The translations under genes and the position numbers were made by a program. From a candidate division Zixibacteria bacterium CG_4_9_14_3_um_filter_46_8 (lineage in GTDB: Bacteria > Zixibacteria > MSB-5A5 > UM-FILTER-46-8), in assembly GCA_002791595.1 (NCBI GenBank), contig PFXJ01000128.1:26365-67820 (forward strand): a DNA stretch of 41,456 nt, in the 5' to 3' direction. Under the pieces are notes generated by a model. It was not told the DNA's origin. It searched no databases and was given only the letters and a program-made list of their open reading frames with translations. Every line of letters starts with the position of its first letter. The stretch's first letter is position 1. Of this stretch, positions 37,432 through 41,456 are shown piece by piece.

Positions 37432-37938
37432 ATGATGCCTCAAAGATATCGTCTATCCATATTGAATGCCTTGATTTCAATCCTTATCCTGCTTTTCATC
37501 TCCTGTTCGGGCATTTCCCCTTATTATGATGATAACAAAAAGGATCCTCGGACCGGAGCAGAAAGTAATTTCAAACCACTCGGCTTTAAAGGAGATGCTG
37601 ATGTGGTCCCGCCGCGGGCGGAACCTATCCGCAAGAATGCCAATTTCATCTTTGATCGGTATCAATTGGTGGGCAATTCATCCGACACTGCCAGGGCATC
37701 GAAGGACCATATTTATCGGGTGCAAATTTTCACGTCACGATTTTTGCAGGAGGCTCAGCAATTCAGAAATGAGCTTTTCGGAAAATTCGAACAGGCGATT
37801 TATATGGATTTTGAGGAACCATACTACAAGGTTCGAATCGGTGATTTCGAAACTGCCCCTGCGGGTGAGGCCTTCCTAAATGAGGTCCGCGAAATGGGAT
37901 ACACGGAAGCCTGGTTGGTAAAAATCAAGAAACAATAG
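37432..37938 (+). CDS. SPOR-domain lipoprotein
   Basis: Lipobox-like FISC; C-terminal YRVQI...PYYKVRIGDF...GY.EAWLV. Confidence 0.85.
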   Translation: MMPQRYRLSILNALISILILLFISCSGISPYYDDNKKDPRTGAESNFKPLGFKGDADVVPPRAEPIRKNANFIFDRYQLVGNSSDTARASKDHIYRVQIFTSRFLQEAQQFRNELFGKFEQAIYMDFEEPYYKVRIGDFETAPAGEAFLNEVREMGYTEAWLVKIKKQ

Positions 37939-37950
37939 AGTTTTTGGACA

Positions 37951-38634
37951 ATGCACTCGGAGGCTGGTTTTCAAATAATGGAAGACTCCATTGGGTTAAG
38001 CGGCGAGCTTCTGCAAATCGCCCGATACATTCTGGCGGGAGGTGTCGCCGCAGTCCCCACCGAGACTGTATATGGGTTGCTGGCAGATGCTTCATCGCTA
38101 AATGCGCTTGACCAACTAAGAGCCCTCAAGGGGAAACCGTCCTCAAGCCCAGTTCCTATTTTTGTGCCTCCGAATTTGCCTTTAAGATCTCTGACATCAG
38201 ATCCGAACGATATCTTAATGCTGCTCGAAAAAGCATATTGGCCCGGACCATTGCTGATAGTATGCGAGCCTTCCGGGGTAGTTGCCAATTTGCCGGTCTG
38301 TCGGCAGGGCTTGGTGGGCCTAAGAAAAAGCAGTTCAAGGATAGTAAATAACTTGATTGAACTTACGGGTAAATTTATCACTGCGACCAGCGCCAATCGT
38401 TTTGGTAATAGGCCGGCATTAAATGAAGATGATGTCAAGCGGGAATTCGATGCTTCCGATTTATTCATTATGGATAAGCCTGCTGACAGTATTACCGCCG
38501 ATAGACCGTCAACAGTGATTACATCTGAAAAGGGCCAGTTATTCATCCTGCGCGAGGGCGCCATATCGGCGGATGAGATTGCCCGAAAATTGGCTGAAAG
38601 CGGTTTTACTCTTGGAATCAAAAAAGTTGGCTGA
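37951..38634 (+). CDS. tsaC: L-threonylcarbamoyladenylate synthase (YrdC/Sua5 domain)
   Basis: VPTETVYGL, WPGPL, VGLR, TATSAN, PSTV, LREGAI. The usual KxR motif reads KGK here. Confidence 0.88.
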   Translation: MHSEAGFQIMEDSIGLSGELLQIARYILAGGVAAVPTETVYGLLADASSLNALDQLRALKGKPSSSPVPIFVPPNLPLRSLTSDPNDILMLLEKAYWPGPLLIVCEPSGVVANLPVCRQGLVGLRKSSSRIVNNLIELTGKFITATSANRFGNRPALNEDDVKREFDASDLFIMDKPADSITADRPSTVITSEKGQLFILREGAISADEIARKLAESGFTLGIKKVG

Positions 38635-39124
38635 TAAATTCAAAGTCTTATTTGTCTGCACCGGCAATACTTGCCGATCCCCCATGGCGGAAGGGATATT
38701 GAGACATTTTCTGACACAGCAGGGCATTGACCATATCGAAGTCTCCTCCGCAGGAACCTTCGGCCTTGACAATCACCCCGCTTCCGAGTATGCGATTGTA
38801 GTCTGCCGGGACTGGGGGATTGATATCAGCGGGCACCGTTCCAGAAAACTTGACCGGCAAATGCTTGCCTCCAGCGACTTGATTCTGGCGATGGCCTATG
38901 AGCATTATCAGATTCTCAAGCAGCTCTATCCCTCGGGAAATGAAGTCCATCTAATTAAAAACTTTCCCAAGAAGGGTGCCGATAGTCACAGCGAAGGGAT
39001 TGAGGATCCGATCGGCGGTCCCCTAGAGCTTTATAGCCGCACTTTCCTTGAACTGGATGAAGTGATAAGAAAAATCTTGCCTGACATAATAAGATTTGCG
39101 CAAAGTGGATCAAATGAGAATTAA
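38627..39124 (+). CDS. Low-molecular-weight protein phosphatase, YwlE (arginine phosphatase)-like
   Basis: LFVCTGNTCRSPMAE, SAGT, DLILAM, IEDPIGG. TTG 38627 is the likely start. Confidence 0.85.
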   Translation: MADKFKVLFVCTGNTCRSPMAEGILRHFLTQQGIDHIEVSSAGTFGLDNHPASEYAIVVCRDWGIDISGHRSRKLDRQMLASSDLILAMAYEHYQILKQLYPSGNEVHLIKNFPKKGADSHSEGIEDPIGGPLELYSRTFLELDEVIRKILPDIIRFAQSGSNEN

Positions 39125-40013
39125 CATCGGAAGAATCTCGGAATTTCTCTGCGGTTTGTGCGCAGGCCTGGCTATCATCATCGGGTTTGCCACCAATTTG
39201 CGGTCCGATGATGGTGCCGCTACCCCTGAAGATGATGATCTATTCCCTCAAGACTCCGTGGCGACTTACATCGACAGCTCCGGCATTAACCTCGACAGCT
39301 TAAGCGCGCTTTACAATGCTCCCGAATGGTGGCGGCGGTCACTGCAAAATGAAGCCTGGGGAGCGGGGGAGAGGTTCGAATTCATCATCCGCTATGGCCC
39401 TATCAAAGCGGGAAGTGCGGTGATGGAAGTCAAAAATACTGTGGATTGTGCAGGCCATAATGCGTACCATGTGACTTCGACAGCTCAATCAAGCGGTTTC
39501 TTTTCGATGTTTTTTAAGGTCGATGACCGCGTCGAAACCTTCATAGACACAGAAGGCATCTTTCCTCATCGATTTGAAAAACACTTGAACGAAGGCAAAT
39601 TCAAAGCAGATAAAGTTACCAATTTCGACCAGAAGAATCATCTGGCGATAACAGGTAAAGATACCATCAGAACATATCCATTTGTCCAGGATATACTTTC
39701 GGCTTTTTATTACGCCCGAACGCTGGCTTTGGAAGTTGGTAAGCCGGTCCTTATTGACAATCATACCGACCGGAAAAATTACCCCCTTGAAATAAAAGTG
39801 CATCGTCGGGAGCGCGTCAGTACCCGAGCGGGGACATTCAATTGCCTGCTTCTTGAACCAGTGCTGCGCACTTCCGCCATCTTCGAAAACAAAGGTCGTC
39901 TATTGGTGTGGATTACCGATGACAATTTTAAGATGCCGGTAATGATGAAAAGCAAGGTCTTAATTGGATCAATAACCACCGAGCTTGTCTGGTACCGTCT
40001 CGCGAAATCTTAG
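39114..40013 (+). CDS. DUF3108-like exported protein
   Basis: N-terminal hydrophobic segment; GE...Y/F...YG.I.AG, FFKV.D, D.LSAFYYAR, AG.F.C, WITDD...PV. Confidence 0.75.
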   Translation: MRINIGRISEFLCGLCAGLAIIIGFATNLRSDDGAATPEDDDLFPQDSVATYIDSSGINLDSLSALYNAPEWWRRSLQNEAWGAGERFEFIIRYGPIKAGSAVMEVKNTVDCAGHNAYHVTSTAQSSGFFSMFFKVDDRVETFIDTEGIFPHRFEKHLNEGKFKADKVTNFDQKNHLAITGKDTIRTYPFVQDILSAFYYARTLALEVGKPVLIDNHTDRKNYPLEIKVHRRERVSTRAGTFNCLLLEPVLRTSAIFENKGRLLVWITDDNFKMPVMMKSKVLIGSITTELVWYRLAKS

Positions 40014-40014
40014 C

Positions 40015-40956
40015 ATGCCCAGTCACAAAAAAATAGACTTAAGCAAAATCCGCACCTATTCTTTCAACGAAAGGGCCACCAAATCCGGCGTGGAATCATT
40101 TGCTAAGGTGCCTTCATCGGATTGGCATATCGATGATTATCTAAATGGCCTTCCCAAGTCCTTGAAGGCTATCGAACTTCTTGGCCTAATTGAAGATATC
40201 AGGAAAGCGCAGGCAAACAATAAGGCCATAATTCTGATGATGGGCGCCCATTCGATAAAAGTAGGCCTTTCCCCGATAATTATTGACCTGCTAAATTGTG
40301 GATTTATTTCTCATCTGGCATTGAATGGCGCGGGCATCATTCACGATTACGAATTCGCTTTTCACGGACGAAGCTCGGAGGAAGTAGCTGAAACCATTGA
40401 ATCAGGGATGTTCGGCATGGTGAAGGAAACACCGGAATTCCTGAATTCCGCTATTGCCAAAGCTCCTCCCGAAGCAGGTCTGGGAGAGAGCGCCGGTAAT
40501 GCATTTCTAAACGGGCAGGCAATTCATATTGATTATTCAATCGCCGCCGCCGCGGTTCGAAATCAGATCCCGCTCACGGTCCATATCTCCATCGGCGCCG
40601 ATACTGTCATTCAACATCCCTCCTTCGATGCGGCTAAATGGGGTAAATTAAGCGGAAATGACTTTCTCATTCTTGCGGAATCCTGCAAAAACCTCAATGA
40701 TGGCGGCGTGGTGATAAACGTAGGCTCGGCAGTTGTCTTGCCGGAGGTTTTCCTGAAAGCATTGAATGTGGCGCGCAATATCTATGGCAATATCGCCAAT
40801 TTCTCCGCCGCAAACCTTGATATGATACAGCATTATCGCCCCCTCACCAATGTGGTGTCCCGTCCTACGCTTGCGGGGGGGAAACGCTATACCATCACCG
40901 GTCACTTCGAGATAATCATACCCTTAATCGCCTGGGCGCTTAAAGAGAAAGTATAA
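40015..40956 (+). CDS. Conserved protein with deoxyhypusine-synthase-like fold
   Basis: MGAH.IKVGL, NGAG.IHD.E, G.FGM..ET, TVH..IG.D, NVGSAVVLPEVFLKAL, GHFEI..PL. ATG 40015 is 1 nt after the upstream stop. Confidence 0.7.
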   Translation: MPSHKKIDLSKIRTYSFNERATKSGVESFAKVPSSDWHIDDYLNGLPKSLKAIELLGLIEDIRKAQANNKAIILMMGAHSIKVGLSPIIIDLLNCGFISHLALNGAGIIHDYEFAFHGRSSEEVAETIESGMFGMVKETPEFLNSAIAKAPPEAGLGESAGNAFLNGQAIHIDYSIAAAAVRNQIPLTVHISIGADTVIQHPSFDAAKWGKLSGNDFLILAESCKNLNDGGVVINVGSAVVLPEVFLKALNVARNIYGNIANFSAANLDMIQHYRPLTNVVSRPTLAGGKRYTITGHFEIIIPLIAWALKEKV

Positions 40957-41043
40957 ATCATAGAAAAATTATTTGCCGAATCGCTCAAGTTATCATAAAC
41001 TGTTATGTTTAAAATCGAGAATCTCTCAAGGTAAACCATTTAT

Positions 41044-41456
41044 ATGGCTCAAATAGTTGAATGTGTTCCGAATTTTAGCGAAGGGCGCCGGCCCGAAATC
41101 CTGGACAAAATCATCGAGGCCGCGTTGACAATTGACGGTGTCACTCTCCTCGACCGCGAGATGGATGCCGATCACAATCGTGCGGTGGTTACATTCATCG
41201 GCGAACCGCAATCAGTAAAGAAAGCCGCATATCTGGCGATAGAAAAAGCGGCAAATCTCATCGATATGGAAAAACATAGCGGCGAACACCCTCGTATGGG
41301 CGCCACCGATGTCTGTCCCTTTGTGCCGGTTTCAGGTGTCAGCATGGCCGATTGCGTCCTGCTGGCCGAGGAGCTTGGCGCCGAGGTCGGCAGCAAATTG
41401 CAAATTCCGGTTTTCCTTTATGAGAAAGCGGCACGCCGTCCCGACCGGGAAAACCT
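41044..41456 (+). CDS. ftcD: Glutamate formimidoyltransferase (FTCD), 5' part only
   Basis: Not in the ORF track. MAQIVECVPNFSEGRR...DADHNRAVVT...IDMEKHSGEHPRMGATDVCPFVP; open to the window end. Confidence 0.93.
   Translation, partial: MAQIVECVPNFSEGRRPEILDKIIEAALTIDGVTLLDREMDADHNRAVVTFIGEPQSVKKAAYLAIEKAANLIDMEKHSGEHPRMGATDVCPFVPVSGVSMADCVLLAEELGAEVGSKLQIPVFLYEKAARRPDREN

Noticed and set aside
37971-38621. 216-aa minus-strand ORF
   Set aside because: Antisense shadow of tsaC.
41026-41396. Minus-strand ORFs at the right end
   Set aside because: Antisense to the clear formiminotransferase frame starting at 41044.

Overview
Chromosomal envelope-biogenesis window from a diderm bacterium. Gene content suggests an FCB-related lineage outside Bacteroidota, possibly Zixibacteria-like; this is inference, not a database result. 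No rRNA, tRNA, CRISPR array or intact transposase was seen. Left end: a probable ceramide locus made of a partial bCerS-like gene that the ORF track missed, spt, and a divergent SDR (candidate CerR) coupled to a PLP class V enzyme and kdsB. Middle: three secreted proteins with T9SS type-A-like C-terminal domains, a beta-CASP RNase, a large GH13 enzyme, a cluster of REP-like hairpins, and a catalytically degenerate RNase H-fold gene behind a sigma54-type promoter. 17.6-36.2 kb: a tightly coupled nine-gene T9SS-like operon. It encodes PorU; a PorV split by a ~530-aa beta-propeller plus LysM insert; an M6-like/FG-GAP cargo protease; two paralogous unknown proteins; an NHL lipoprotein; a 1121-aa barrel protein with SprA-like motifs; an Omp85 protein; and a DGGGP-synthase-like prenyltransferase. 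Right end: manC, SPOR lipoprotein, tsaC, YwlE-like phosphatase, DUF3108-like protein, DHS-like-fold protein and a partial formiminotransferase. The best candidate for an undescribed system is the non-canonical T9SS-like operon with a potentially peptidoglycan-tethered PorV. Family assignments come from motif recognition, not from searches.
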